Counted from the stretch's first letter, positions 48,268 to 58,650 are shown. The stretch is 64,000 bases of DNA from Vicinamibacteria bacterium (GCA_963668695.2 CAXXLQ010000004.1:3072001-3136000); one strand, 5' to 3'. Notes: a model not told the origin generated them from the sequence alone. Numbers and translations: made by a program.

Positions 48268-51200
48268 GTGAACAGAGTCCCGCGAATGCGTCGTCTGCCG
48301 CCGCTCGTGGTCGCCGTGGGGGCTTTCCTGTTCTTCGCGGCCGCGCTGTACGACGTGGCGCACCGTTTCGGCATGTTGCCGAGCGCGGTACATGCCACCC
48401 TGACCGTGGGGTCCGGCCTGGTATTGCTTGTCGTCCTCATCCGGCGCGATCTCCTCCCGCCCGACGGGCGGTGGATCGTGGCGGCGCTCTCCGGGGCAGC
48501 CCTGGTGGCTCTTTGTTGCCGGATCCCCCTGAGTCGAACCATTACCGCCGGGCCCGAATCCGCTTCGCGGGCTGCGGACCGCGTCGATGCCTTTCTCGCC
48601 GACCTCACCAGGGAAGTCGGCGACGCGGCCTATCTGGTCGCCAGAACCGCTCCCGTAGGTGCCGCGCTCGAGGGTTCCGACGCCGGCGACAGAGAAGCCG
48701 AGGCGTTCCGGGCGCTCGCTGGCTGGGCGCTCCCTGACACCATGATCGGGCAAGGTGGGGCGACGCTCTACGACCGGCAACTGCGGCCGGTCGCCTGGTC
48801 CGGGGGAAACCCGGACTTCGAGGATGCTCTCGCCGAGGCCTTTCCCGAAGGAGTTCGTGCGGAGAACTGCCCGGATCCCGCCTTCCCGCTCTTCGTGTTT
48901 AGCGAGGGCGGGCGACGCAGCTACCTCGCCGCGGCGGAATGCACCCGGAATCTTCTCGGGGTCGTGACGGTGGAAATCCCCATCCGGGAGGCGTCTCCGC
49001 CGTCTTCCGGCGCGGCGCCGGTTTCCGCGTTGGAAGCCGCCGCCGGTCGCGGGCTCGAAACCCAGTTTCTGGACGGCGCCGAAGATCTCCAGGCTCTGGC
49101 CCAGCTCTTCGAGCGGCGCGGGGACCGGTTCCTGGACGGCGCGGCAGATTCCGAGCGCTACTACTTCGCCCTGAGGGCCTACGACGGTCAGCTGCTGGGA
49201 GCCGCCAGCACCTCGGTGGCGCCGATCGCGGCGCGCCGCGCGGAACGCGAGACCGAGGCCGCGCTGTTCGCGACCCTCGCGCTGCTGGGAGGAGCGCTCA
49301 TCGCTCTACCTTGCCTGTGGCGGTTCGGGGGCCTCGGCGCATTGGCGGCCATCTGGACATTGAGGTTCAGCCTCTCGGAGCTACTCGCCACCCTACCCGC
49401 CCAACCCGGCGGACCTCTTTCGGCTACGTTGGCCGGCCCGCCGCTTCTCCCACTTCTCGCCGATTCGCCCGTCATGGCGGTTGTGACGGCGGCGGCGCTT
49501 TTCCTGTCCGCCCGGATTGTCGGAGCTCGACTTCGGCCCGGTTCCGCCCGGAATCCAACCAGCGGTCCGCTGAGCGTGGCCCGAGGTCTCGGCGCCGGCG
49601 CCACCGCGGTAGCGGCTGCCGCTCTCGTCCGTAACGCCGGCTTCTCGGGCGGGGCGCCGCTCACCCCGACCTGGGCCGTGGACACCGGATGGCCGGAAGT
49701 TCTCGGTTGGACCGCGCTCCTGCTCAGCCTTGCCGCGCTCCTACTCGTGCTCCAGAGCTTGGTGCGGCCGAGTGGGCTGGTTCTGCTCACCGCCGCCGCG
49801 GTAGTCACCGGCTCGGTAGCGTTTCTCCCCGAGGGTTCCTTTCTGTTTGCCGGACTCCCGCTGGCCGCCGCCGCCGGATTGTCACTATCGCGTCGCGGAC
49901 GGGTGTCCCTCCGGCACCTGAGGCAGCCACTGCTTTCGCACGAACCCGGTTTTGCGTTCGTAGTCGCCTTTCTGCTCTTCGCCGTCCCTTCCGTTCTTCT
50001 CTACCCGGCCATGGTCTGGCACGAAGACAACGTCCGGCAGCGCTATGCCCTGGACGCCGCTCCGGTCCAGACCCTGCGGCACCGCTTTGCCGTCTGTCAC
50101 GCGCTCGAGGAAGCCACTCGGACTCTCGACAACCAGGCATCGGCGCTGGTGCGGCTACGCCCGGACACCGCCTATCGGCTCTGGCTCGTAACGGGGTTGC
50201 CCCGCCTGACGGTGGCCAGCGCCCTCGAAGTGCGCGGTCCGGCCGGACAGCGATCACGATTCGGAGTGGGTCTCCCGCGGCGACCCGATCCCTCCTCTTC
50301 CGCTCCGTCGCCAGCGCGCTGGAATCCAATTCCAGGGTGCCAGCTTGCTTCCGGGAGCGATGCCGTCCTCGAAACCGAGCGGCAGTTTCCCTCGGGGTTG
50401 AGCGTCACTCTACGGGTAGCGGACCGTGCATCGGAGATCCCGTTCCTGCCCCGGGCGGCCGGCATCGCCGACCATTTCCTGCTCCGGGGAGATGCCGCTC
50501 CCGCCGTCTTCTACGGAAGAGACCTGCGCCTCAGGCGCCGCCGGCCAGGGGCTCAGCAAGAGCGACCCGCCAATCGGGCTGAACTCGACATCCTCGTGCA
50601 TGGCGAGCCTTTCGTTATCTCCTGGCGACGGACCGGAGCCGGCGACCACGCCGCTGCGCTCCTCGGTTGGGGATTTCTCGCGGCACTCGTCGCACTGCTG
50701 ATAGCCGTCACCTCCCGAGTCCGAATCCTCTTTCCGGGCCGGGGAGGCCGGTTCCGGCGGCGCAGTTTCCAGATGCAATTGACGGAAACCCTGGCGGCGG
50801 CCGTGCTCGTCGCGATTCTCGGAGTCGCCGTGTTCGCGCAGCAGAGGCTCGAAACTCTCCTGCAGTCCGCCAGCGACCGGGAGGCCATTTCGCGGTCATT
50901 CTCGGTCGAGCGAGTGGCGCACGAACTCGCTGCGCTCGATCCGCTGGTTCCGCCGGAGGAACTCGCCTCGCGCCTGGCGCAGGCAGCCGACCAATTGGAT
51001 ACCGATGCGGCGCTTTACAACGGCGGAGAACTCGTGGCGGTGAGCCGCCCGGAGCTCGCACAGACCGGACTCCTCCCACCGCGCCCACCACCGGCGGCGG
51101 TTCTGCCTACCGCCGAGTCTGCCGATCCCTTCCTGAGTATCCAGGAGGCCGGTTCGCTGCGCTATCGCATCGTCTGGATTCGTCTCGACACCCCTGCCCG

Positions 51201-52230
51201 GCTGCACGGTCCCCTGCTCCTGGCCGTTCCGCTGCCTGCCGACGAGGCCGCCCGCCTGGAGGGTGTCCGCGCAATCCAGAGAACCCTGTTGATGGGGAGC
51301 GGCTCGCTCGCCCTGATCTTCGCGATCGTGGTGCCCGGCCTGCTGGCACGCCGTCTGGCCGCTCCGGTCCGCGCTCTCGCGCATGCCACGGGGCAGATCG
51401 CTGACGGCGACCTGGAGGCGCGGGTACCACTGCACGGGACCCTGACGGAGCTGAGGCTGCTCGCGGCGAGCGTGGAACGACTGGTTCGACGTATTCCGGA
51501 TGTCCGGAAACAAATGCGCGAGGAGGCGGCCGCCGACCTCGCCCGACGGGTGGCGCACGACATCAAGAACGCCCTCGCGCCGATTGGACTGGCGGCGGAC
51601 TACATTCGCCGGGTGCTGCGCGATCCGCGAGGCCGGGATCCACAGCAGGCGGTCGACGAGAGCGTCTCCGAAATTCTCGGCCAGGTGGAACGCCTCCGGC
51701 GGATTTCATCGGAGTTTTCCGCGCTGGGAGCACCTCTCCGGCTGGAGACCGCTGACGTGACGAAACTGGTCCGCGACACGATGGCCCCGTATCTCCGCTC
51801 GCACGCCGGACCTCGGATCTCTTTCTCGGGGACGCCGACTCCAGTGGCGCGCGTCGATCCTGAGATCGTGGCGCGGATCGTTGAAAACCTCATGCAGAAC
51901 GCGCTGGAGGCCACGCAGGACTCTCCGAACCTGGGGGACGAGGAGGCGGAAGTCTCCGTCAGAGTGTTCCCGGTCGAGCGTGAAACGCGGATCCGGATTG
52001 AAGTCGAGGACAACGGCCCGGGTGTCCGGACCGATCTTCGCGAACGGATTTTCGATGCCGCGTTCTCGACCAGGACGCGTGGATCGGGACTCGGACTCGC
52101 GAACGCCCGTCGTTTCGCTGAGGCCCACGGCGGAAGAGTCAGCGCCGGCCCGCGCGCGGACGACCGCTCGGGACTGTTGCTCGTTGTGGAACTGCCGGTG
52201 GACGGGCCGCGGGATAGGGAACAGGTTTGA
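48268..52230 (+). CDS. Large multi-TM sensor histidine kinase (NtrY-like C-terminus)
   Basis: Many TM segments, HAMP, ARRVAHDIKNAL.PI H-box, NL..NA, EDNGPG, FSTR..GSGLGL. Confidence 0.88.
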   Translation: MNRVPRMRRLPPLVVAVGAFLFFAAALYDVAHRFGMLPSAVHATLTVGSGLVLLVVLIRRDLLPPDGRWIVAALSGAALVALCCRIPLSRTITAGPESASRAADRVDAFLADLTREVGDAAYLVARTAPVGAALEGSDAGDREAEAFRALAGWALPDTMIGQGGATLYDRQLRPVAWSGGNPDFEDALAEAFPEGVRAENCPDPAFPLFVFSEGGRRSYLAAAECTRNLLGVVTVEIPIREASPPSSGAAPVSALEAAAGRGLETQFLDGAEDLQALAQLFERRGDRFLDGAADSERYYFALRAYDGQLLGAASTSVAPIAARRAERETEAALFATLALLGGALIALPCLWRFGGLGALAAIWTLRFSLSELLATLPAQPGGPLSATLAGPPLLPLLADSPVMAVVTAAALFLSARIVGARLRPGSARNPTSGPLSVARGLGAGATAVAAAALVRNAGFSGGAPLTPTWAVDTGWPEVLGWTALLLSLAALLLVLQSLVRPSGLVLLTAAAVVTGSVAFLPEGSFLFAGLPLAAAAGLSLSRRGRVSLRHLRQPLLSHEPGFAFVVAFLLFAVPSVLLYPAMVWHEDNVRQRYALDAAPVQTLRHRFAVCHALEEATRTLDNQASALVRLRPDTAYRLWLVTGLPRLTVASALEVRGPAGQRSRFGVGLPRRPDPSSSAPSPARWNPIPGCQLASGSDAVLETERQFPSGLSVTLRVADRASEIPFLPRAAGIADHFLLRGDAAPAVFYGRDLRLRRRRPGAQQERPANRAELDILVHGEPFVISWRRTGAGDHAAALLGWGFLAALVALLIAVTSRVRILFPGRGGRFRRRSFQMQLTETLAAAVLVAILGVAVFAQQRLETLLQSASDREAISRSFSVERVAHELAALDPLVPPEELASRLAQAADQLDTDAALYNGGELVAVSRPELAQTGLLPPRPPPAAVLPTAESADPFLSIQEAGSLRYRIVWIRLDTPARLHGPLLLAVPLPADEAARLEGVRAIQRTLLMGSGSLALIFAIVVPGLLARRLAAPVRALAHATGQIADGDLEARVPLHGTLTELRLLAASVERLVRRIPDVRKQMREEAAADLARRVAHDIKNALAPIGLAADYIRRVLRDPRGRDPQQAVDESVSEILGQVERLRRISSEFSALGAPLRLETADVTKLVRDTMAPYLRSHAGPRISFSGTPTPVARVDPEIVARIVENLMQNALEATQDSPNLGDEEAEVSVRVFPVERETRIRIEVEDNGPGVRTDLRERIFDAAFSTRTRGSGLGLANARRFAEAHGGRVSAGPRADDRSGLLLVVELPVDGPRDREQV

Positions 52231-52718
52231 GGGTCATCCCGAGTTCAGCCCGCGCGCTCTGGCTCGCTCGAGCGCTGTCCGGAGCGATCCTGGCGTTTGC
52301 GCTCTGCGCTCCGGCACCGCCGCCGGATGATCTCGAGGAGGTACTGGGGCGTTTCCGGCGGGCATTCGAAGAGGCGGACGCGGGCCACCTGGAGGGCCTC
52401 TATCCGTCAGGTTGGGCCCTCGTGGCGTTCGCCGGGGAAACCCGCCGCAGTATCACCGGCGACGAATTGCGACGCGGGCTGGAGCGGCTCTTCCGGACCC
52501 GGACGCCGATCAGCTACCAGGAGCGGCCGCGTTCCATTCGCCGCTCGGCGGACGGCGGGTATGTCCTGTTCGTACCCGAATGGACCAGCATGACCACCGG
52601 GACCGACCGACATGTGGTCGAGGCGCTGCGAATCGGAATCGAACGGGCACCCGTCACGCGAAACGAAGACTCGGCTCACCGCTGGGTGATCCGCGAATTC
52701 ACCGCCTGGACACGGTAG
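52227..52718 (+). CDS. Secreted NTF2-like fold hypothetical protein
   Basis: Signal peptide; F..AFE..D...L..LY...W pattern; start overlaps the kinase stop. Confidence 0.55.
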   Translation: MRVIPSSARALWLARALSGAILAFALCAPAPPPDDLEEVLGRFRRAFEEADAGHLEGLYPSGWALVAFAGETRRSITGDELRRGLERLFRTRTPISYQERPRSIRRSADGGYVLFVPEWTSMTTGTDRHVVEALRIGIERAPVTRNEDSAHRWVIREFTAWTR

Positions 52719-52778
52719 CCGGCCCCACACCAGACGGCCGGAGACGCCGTGCTCCGGCCGACCCCCAGTCTTGCCCAG

Positions 52779-53594
52779 TCAGCGGCCGTCCGCCCGTCCT
52801 TCGCCGATCTGCGGAGACGCAGGCCCGCCCATCGCTACGGGATCCGGATCTGCGGAGCTGGTGGAAGTCGAGCGAACGAGCCGCTTGCCGAGCCTCCGCA
52901 AACCACGCAGCAGCGGTGAGGCCGCGTAGCCGGTGGCGAGGACCAGGAACATCGCCACCGGCTCCGCAATCGTCGCGACGATGAAGATCGCCAACACGAC
53001 CAGCATCCGATGGGACTGCGGCCTCCGCCCGGTCTGGCTCTTGAAGCTCGGATAGCGCACCGGGCTGCTCATCAGGAGTGCGAGCCCGAGCATTCCGAAA
53101 AGACAGGCGGCCGCCGCCACGGAGTTATCGGGAGGCGCCGGATGCCAGTAGGTCACTGCGGCTACCAAGGCGGCCGCCGCCGGCGACGACATCCCGGTGT
53201 AGTAGCGGGGATCGGCACTCAACCGCCCCACGTTGAAACGCGCGAGGCGGACAGCCGCACAGATCGTGAACAGCGCCGCAACCAGCCAGCCGGTCTGGGG
53301 CCAGCGATGCAGAACCCAGGCGTACGCCAGGACCGCAGGCGCCACGCCGAAGGAGACCATGTCCGCCAACGAGTCCAGTTCGCGGCCAAAATCGCTGGTG
53401 GCGCCGGCGAACCGCGCCACCCGGCCGTCCACCAGATCCGCAAGGATGGCGAAGCCGATGATGAGCCCGGCACTGCCGAAGTCCCCGCGAAGACTCTGGA
53501 CAATGGAGAAGAACCCCAAGAAGATGTTGGCCACCGTGAACACGGCCGGGAGCAGGAACACCCCCCTGCGCGTCCGGAGGCGCTGGCGTTTCAT
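52779..53594 (-). CDS. pssA: CDP-diacylglycerol-serine O-phosphatidyltransferase
   Basis: LP..FT.AN, D.VDG.VAR, FG.ELDSLADMVSFGVAPA and RLARFN motifs. Confidence 0.93.
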   Translation of the reverse strand: MKRQRLRTRRGVFLLPAVFTVANIFLGFFSIVQSLRGDFGSAGLIIGFAILADLVDGRVARFAGATSDFGRELDSLADMVSFGVAPAVLAYAWVLHRWPQTGWLVAALFTICAAVRLARFNVGRLSADPRYYTGMSSPAAAALVAAVTYWHPAPPDNSVAAAACLFGMLGLALLMSSPVRYPSFKSQTGRRPQSHRMLVVLAIFIVATIAEPVAMFLVLATGYAASPLLRGLRRLGKRLVRSTSTSSADPDPVAMGGPASPQIGEGRADGR

Positions 53595-54235
53595 TCCCAC
53601 TGTCCGATGACGCTGACTCCGCCGCGCACCCGGTCTCCCGGACGTACCGTGAGCCGGGCGCCGGCAGGTAGTAGAAGATCGGTCCGTGACCCGAAACGGA
53701 TGAGCCCGAAGCGTTCACCCATCCCCAGGCGGTCCCCAACGCGCACGCGGCAAACGATGCGCCGGGCGACAACACCGGCGATCTGGCGAACCCGGACCGT
53801 GCCCCGCTCGGTCGTCATCTCCAATTCGTTCCGTTCGTTCCGTTCGGCCGCGTCTTTCCGGAACGCCGCCTTGAACGCCCCTTCACGGTAGCGCACCGCG
53901 AGCACCCGGCCCGCCGTCGGAGCGCGGTTGATGTGCACGTCGAAGATCGAGAGAAAAATGCTCACCCGCTGCGTCTCCGCGTCTCCCTCTTCAGCCCGGC
54001 CCACCTCGGTGACCCTGCCGTCGGCAGGAGCGAGGATTGCATGGGCGTCATTCGGGGTACGCCTCTCCGGATCCCGGAAGAAAAAGGCGCAGAAACCGGC
54101 GCCAGCCAACAACACCCAGCCGGCCCACGAAAGGACGTCGACGCCGGCTACGCGAGCCGCAGCGAACAAGGCGACGGCGACGGCGAGCGGGGCCACCACG
54201 AAGACCCGGCCCTCCGGAGCGATCGGCAGTCTCAC
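53591..54235 (-). CDS. psd: Phosphatidylserine decarboxylase proenzyme
   Basis: FFRDPER, APADG, SIFLSIFDVH.NR.P, QIAG..ARRI and FGSR cleavage motif. Confidence 0.94.
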   Translation of the reverse strand: MRLPIAPEGRVFVVAPLAVAVALFAAARVAGVDVLSWAGWVLLAGAGFCAFFFRDPERRTPNDAHAILAPADGRVTEVGRAEEGDAETQRVSIFLSIFDVHINRAPTAGRVLAVRYREGAFKAAFRKDAAERNERNELEMTTERGTVRVRQIAGVVARRIVCRVRVGDRLGMGERFGLIRFGSRTDLLLPAGARLTVRPGDRVRGGVSVIGQWE

Positions 54236-54275
54236 GCGCCTATCGGGCAGTCTGCCGCAGAGAGAGTCGGCTCAA

Positions 54276-54507
54276 CAGTCTGTGGTGGAACTCGCGTGAG
54301 CGCCGAGAGCGGGGAGGCGCCCGGCTGACAAGGCGCGCGAGGGAGGAGCCCCCACCGGGAGAACTGGCCCGAGTGTATTTCGACCGAAGCGCAACGCAGA
54401 GTGCCGCAAAGCGCCAGTTCTCCCGGTGGGGGGCGGTTCAGCCGGGATGCATCGCCGCTCGAGCCCCCACCGGGAGAACTGGGCCGCGTGAGTTTCACCA
54501 CCGGCTG
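54276..54507. mobile_element. MITE family A copy (inverted)
   Basis: TIR CAGTCTGTGGTGGAACTC / GAGTTTCACCACCGGCTG; flanks TCAA and TTAG. Confidence 0.78.
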
Positions 54508-54518
54508 TTAGCAGCCGC

Positions 54519-54764
54519 TCAAGAGGACGTCGCAAGCGCGGCAATCTGGTCCTTCAGGGCCAGTTTGCGCTTCTTCATCACCGCCGCCTCGTGCTGCTGG
54601 CGGGGCGAGAGGTGCCCGTCCTTCGTCAGTTCTTGCAGCCGTTCGTCGAGTTCCCGGTGTCGCCGGATCAATTCCTCGAGATCGGGCATTTCCGCGGATG
54701 GGGCCATCGGGCCTGCGCCGGCCGCCGCGACGGTGTCGGTTTCGATCTGGTCTTCTTGGTTCAT
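54519..54764 (-). CDS. DUF465/YdcH-like coiled-coil protein
   Basis: GGAGG RBS; L...HRELDERL.....MKKRKLALKDQI. Confidence 0.85.
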   Translation of the reverse strand: MNQEDQIETDTVAAAGAGPMAPSAEMPDLEELIRRHRELDERLQELTKDGHLSPRQQHEAAVMKKRKLALKDQIAALATSS

Positions 54765-54836
54765 GAATGCCTCCAGAATTCCGAAGCCGTTCCGCATCGG
54801 AAGCCGCTTCGGGAAAACACGGCAGTTAGTCCGTAA

Positions 54837-55070
54837 CAGCCTGTGGACAAAGTGACGTGAGCGCTGAGGCCGGTGAGGCCCAGTTCTCCGGGGGGGCCAG
54901 TCCTCCCGGGGTGGGGGCTCGGCTGACACGAAGCGCGAGGGAGGGACCCCACCGGGAGAACTGGCCTTGGTGAATTTCGACCGAAGCGCGGCGATGAGCG
55001 ACGCAAAGCGGATTGGTGTCAGCCGGGAGGTATCGCCGGCCAAACACCGGATGACTTCGTCCACAGGCTG
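54837..55070. mobile_element. MITE family A copy (inverted)
   Basis: TIR CAGCCTGTGGAC / GTCCACAGGCTG; flanks GTAA and CTAA. Confidence 0.78.
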
Positions 55071-55793
55071 CTAAAGGGTATCGGAATGGTTGGCCAGGCC
55101 ATGGATGTCAGGATCTCGAAGATAGAGCGGTTCCAGCGTGAACTCTCCGCGTCGCGCCGCTTCGAGCCCCAACCGAAGCGCGGCCGGCGCCAAGGCTCGC
55201 TGCTCAGCCACTACCTCTACGTCCGAAGCTCCCTCCGCGATGATCTCCCGGTAGCGGGCGACAGCCGGCCCGCAAATGCGCCGCACGCGGTGCTTCGCAG
55301 CCCACCGCACGGTGTCTTGCGGCAATAGCCGGAAGGGGCCCTGCACCAGACCCTCCGGGCCGATTCCGTCGTATATGGCGGCAAACAACTCACCCCGCAG
55401 GGCATCCACGACCGCCAGCCGGCGCAGTGATGCGCCGTTCGTAGCCGCGTCGGCGTACGCCGCCGCGTCCAGACTCGAGACGCCGACAGCCCGAATCCCC
55501 GCCGCCAGAGCGAACCCCTGTGCGGTAGCAAGGCCGATCCGGAGACCCGTGAACGAGCCGGGGCCTCGCGTCGCAACCAGCATCGCGAGCTCGCCGTTTT
55601 CCAGCTTCGCCTGCTCCAGGGCCTCACGGATCGCGGGGAGCAAACTGCGAGAGTGCCGATTCGAAGGTTCGAAGGTCTGAACAACCTCTCCGGCCACGGC
55701 TGACCCGACATCTACGAACCCAAGGGCGACGCTGCCGAGCGTGCCGGTCGTATCGAGGGCCAGCACCGGGCCGGAGATCTGCTCTCCGCGCAC
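55071..55793 (-). CDS. tsaB: tRNA threonylcarbamoyladenosine biosynthesis protein TsaB
   Basis: LALDT, HS..LLP.I, GPGSFTGLRIG, DA.RGE and EPLYLR; start uncertain (GTG 55793). Confidence 0.92.
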   Translation of the reverse strand: MRGEQISGPVLALDTTGTLGSVALGFVDVGSAVAGEVVQTFEPSNRHSRSLLPAIREALEQAKLENGELAMLVATRGPGSFTGLRIGLATAQGFALAAGIRAVGVSSLDAAAYADAATNGASLRRLAVVDALRGELFAAIYDGIGPEGLVQGPFRLLPQDTVRWAAKHRVRRICGPAVARYREIIAEGASDVEVVAEQRALAPAALRLGLEAARRGEFTLEPLYLRDPDIHGLANHSDTL

Positions 55794-55867
55794 GCGCTTG
55801 GGTTCCGACTCTCGCAAGGCTCCGGCAATCCTACTTCCGGCGCTTGCCGGAGGGCCACGTTCCCGGG

Positions 55868-56195
55868 TGGCGGGTTTACGTTGGCCCGGGAGGGTGTTTC
55901 GCCGTCCCCGCCCAGGTCCACGCAACAAGCGTAGACAAAAGCGTGCGTCTCGCGGCCTACGGCCGTGATGCTTCCCAATGGCGGGTTTGCGTTGGCCCGA
56001 GAGGGTGCTTCGCCGTCCCCGCCCGGGTCCACGCAATAGGCGTAGAGAAAAGCGTGCGTCTCGCGGCCTGCGGCCGCGATGCTTCCCCAATGGCGGGTTT
56101 GCCATTGGCCCGGGAGGGTGCTTCGCCGTCCCCGCCCGGGTCCACGCGATAAGCGTAGGCAAAAGTGTGAGCTTCGCGGCCTACGCCCGCGATGC
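55868..56195. repeat. Three tandem ~111-bp repeats (family D)
   Basis: Units TGGCGGGTTT...GGGTCCACGCRA.AAGCGTAG...GCGGCCT start at 55868, 55979 and 56091. Confidence 0.9.
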
Positions 56196-56223
56196 TGGCC
56201 AGTTCTCCCGGTGGGGGCCTGCA

Positions 56224-58412
56224 CCCGACTTCGCCAAAACGTGACGTTCGGTTTCCGTAAGTCGCAGACAATACGGCCATTACAAAACAGGGTGCCAGCA
56301 GACTGGCACTACGTTTGTGTGTTTGGGTCCGGCCTTCGGCGGGTGCGCCGGCGGTAGTGGTGGGGCTCGACGCCCACCGCCCGCGCGATCTGGGCCACCT
56401 GCGCCGGGGGGCGGACATCCTGCCGATTCACGATCAGCCGTCCGTTCGTCTCCCGGATCGTGGTGGTCATCCGCACCCACGGCCGTAGCCGGGTGCGGAT
56501 CGAGTCCCACGACAGGGGGATGGCGCGCGCCTTCAGCCGGGTGCGGATCAGGTGCACCGCGTGATAGGCGAGCACCGCCAGGAAGAGGTGCGCCGCGATC
56601 CGGCGGTGCTTCACATGCCAGATCGGCCGCAGCCCCAGCTCCGTCTTGAGCGACCGGAACGTCGCCTCGATCTCCGTCAGCCGCCAGTAGGTCCGCACGA
56701 TCTGCTCTGTGCCCCAGCCCGTCTGGCTTGACCGCAGCAGATACGAACCCGCCCCCGCGTCCCGCGCCCCATAGCGCTTCGTCCGGCTCCACACCACCGC
56801 CGTCGCGTTGGGTCCCGCACCCTTCTCCACCTCCACCTCATACTGCGCCGACACCTGCCGATACCGCTCCCGGAGCCGGCCCACCGTGTCCATCACCTTC
56901 TCATACTGCTTCCGGCGGTGCGGGATCGTCAGCCCCTCGTGGAGGTGCCGCAGCGCCGTCTCATACTGCTCCCGGTGCCGCCCCAGCATCGCCTCCTCGG
57001 TGGCCCGCTTCCCCTCGCTCACCGCAACCAGCCGCACCTCCCCCTCGTCCTCCTCCAGCCTCCACGCCAAAACCTCCTGCTGCGCGCTCGTCGTCAATGT
57101 GACGTCCGCCTCCCCCTCCGGCGGCGCCGGCCGCGTCTCCCGACTCACGCAGATCCAGCCGTAGCCCCGCTCCCGAAGCCAGGCGATGTTCTCCTCCGTC
57201 GCGATCCCCGCGTCCAGGATCACCGTCGGCTTCTTCCCACCGTGCCCGCCCCCGGCATCCACCTCCGCCTCGAACCGCCCCAACGCCGCCGCCAGCGTCG
57301 CCGGCTCCGACACGTCTCCCGCCAGAACCTCGCAACCCCGCGGGAACCCCGCCCCATCCAGCGCCAGCGCCAGCGTCACCAGCGGGTGCTTCCGCCCCTC
57401 CTTCGAGCGCCCGAACCGCAACAGCTCCTTGTCCGAACGCCCCGTATACCAAGTGTTCGTCAGATCGTAGAAAACATCGTGTCCGGCAACTCCAACAGCT
57501 TCCGCTCCCGGCGGAACAGCCCCGCCTGCAACTCCCGCCGCAGCCGCCACAACACATCCCCCGTCCGGTAGAGCTTCTGGAGCGACAGCGCCTTCCCCCG
57601 ATCCAGGTCCAAAAGCTCCAGCGCCGCGCTGTCCTCCCGCAACCAGCGCAACGCCTCCCGTTCGCTGCTCGGATGCAGCATCTTCGCCACCACCAGCGCG
57701 GTGGCGATCCGCGCATCCCGGCCCCGCACCCCCTGCGCGTGCAGCAAGTCCCGAAAGCCCAGCTCCGCAAGCCCCGCCAGGCAGACGCGCTCCCCGCCTG
57801 CCGAACGGGAGTCCTCATGCTCCAGACTGTCGAGGTCCACCGTGGCCACCGCACCATCCCGGCCCGGCGTCTCCGCCCGCGGCGGCGCCAGCCCCTGGGT
57901 GCGCAGCCGGCGCACCAGGTCCTCGGCCGCCGCCTCGATGTCCGGGGGCACCGCCAACATCGGCCGTTGGCCCGCCAGCAGCACCTCGGTCACCAGAACC
58001 ACATCCCGCCACTGCTCCTTCGGAACCGGATAGTCCACGCCCAGGTTCAACAGAGACTCCTGGCGGACCTTGTCGCCGATTCGCACCGAGCGGGACAAGC
58101 GATAACTGTGCGCGGGTTCGCCGTGCTTGGTGTGGGTCTTGGTGGCGCGGATGTACACGGCGGGGCGGCGAGAGAGGCTGGGAGGGATGCCGGCGGATGG
58201 CAGAGCCAAAGTCAAGGCCTGAAACGCCATTTACAAAAGAACCTGGCACTACACGCCTCTCCCCCTCCTCCAAACCGCCGTCCGCCCACCGAGAGCCCGT
58301 TTTTGGCCCGTTTCGGACCTCCAATGGCCACTCTGGGCCCACTTTGGAGGCCGATTCGAACTTCCCTCAGCTCTGCATGCCGGCCCGACCCTCTAAAAGT
58401 GGCGAAGTCGGG
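56224..58412 (-). mobile_element. IS1634-family insertion sequence
   Basis: TIR CCCGACTTCGCCA (56224-56236) / TGGCGAAGTCGGG (58400-58412); flanks TGCA and TTCA. Confidence 0.85.
56309..58158 (-). pseudogene. IS1634-family DDE transposase with a 1-nt frameshift near 57475
   Basis: N-part YIR...YRL..SVR.G.KVRQ..LLNLG; C-part FYDLTNTW, FGRSKE, ILDAGI, Y..LTEIEATFRSLK.ELGLRP.WH; frames switch at ...LPDT/VFYD. Confidence 0.88.
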
Positions 58413-58478
58413 TTCAGACCGGCGCTCCTTAGTCGCCAGAGGTCCGCGTTCCCGTGCAGGCGGCGCATAGCTGACCGG

Positions 58479-58650
58479 GCCAAAGAAATGGCGGCGAACC
58501 GGAGGTTCGGCGTCTGCGTGACCGGGGGGAAAGTGTGAAAGGGGGGCTCGCCCCCCTTTCACAATCAGTAATGACCAATCGGAACTTGCCGCAGCCCGCC
58601 GGAGGCGGGCAAGGAAGTTTCGATTGCCGGCGCGAAGCGCCGGGCGGTTC
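58479..58650 (-). repeat. Diverged inverted copy of repeat family B
   Basis: GGAAAGTGTGAAAGGGGGG...CCCCCCTTTCACA hairpin and GCCGGCAATCGAAAC (minus strand) match family B. Confidence 0.75.

Noticed and set aside
57460-57490. Programmed -1 frameshift in the IS1634 transposase
   Set aside because: No canonical slippery heptamer, and IS1634 transposases are normally single ORFs; a 1-nt deletion or sequencing error is simpler
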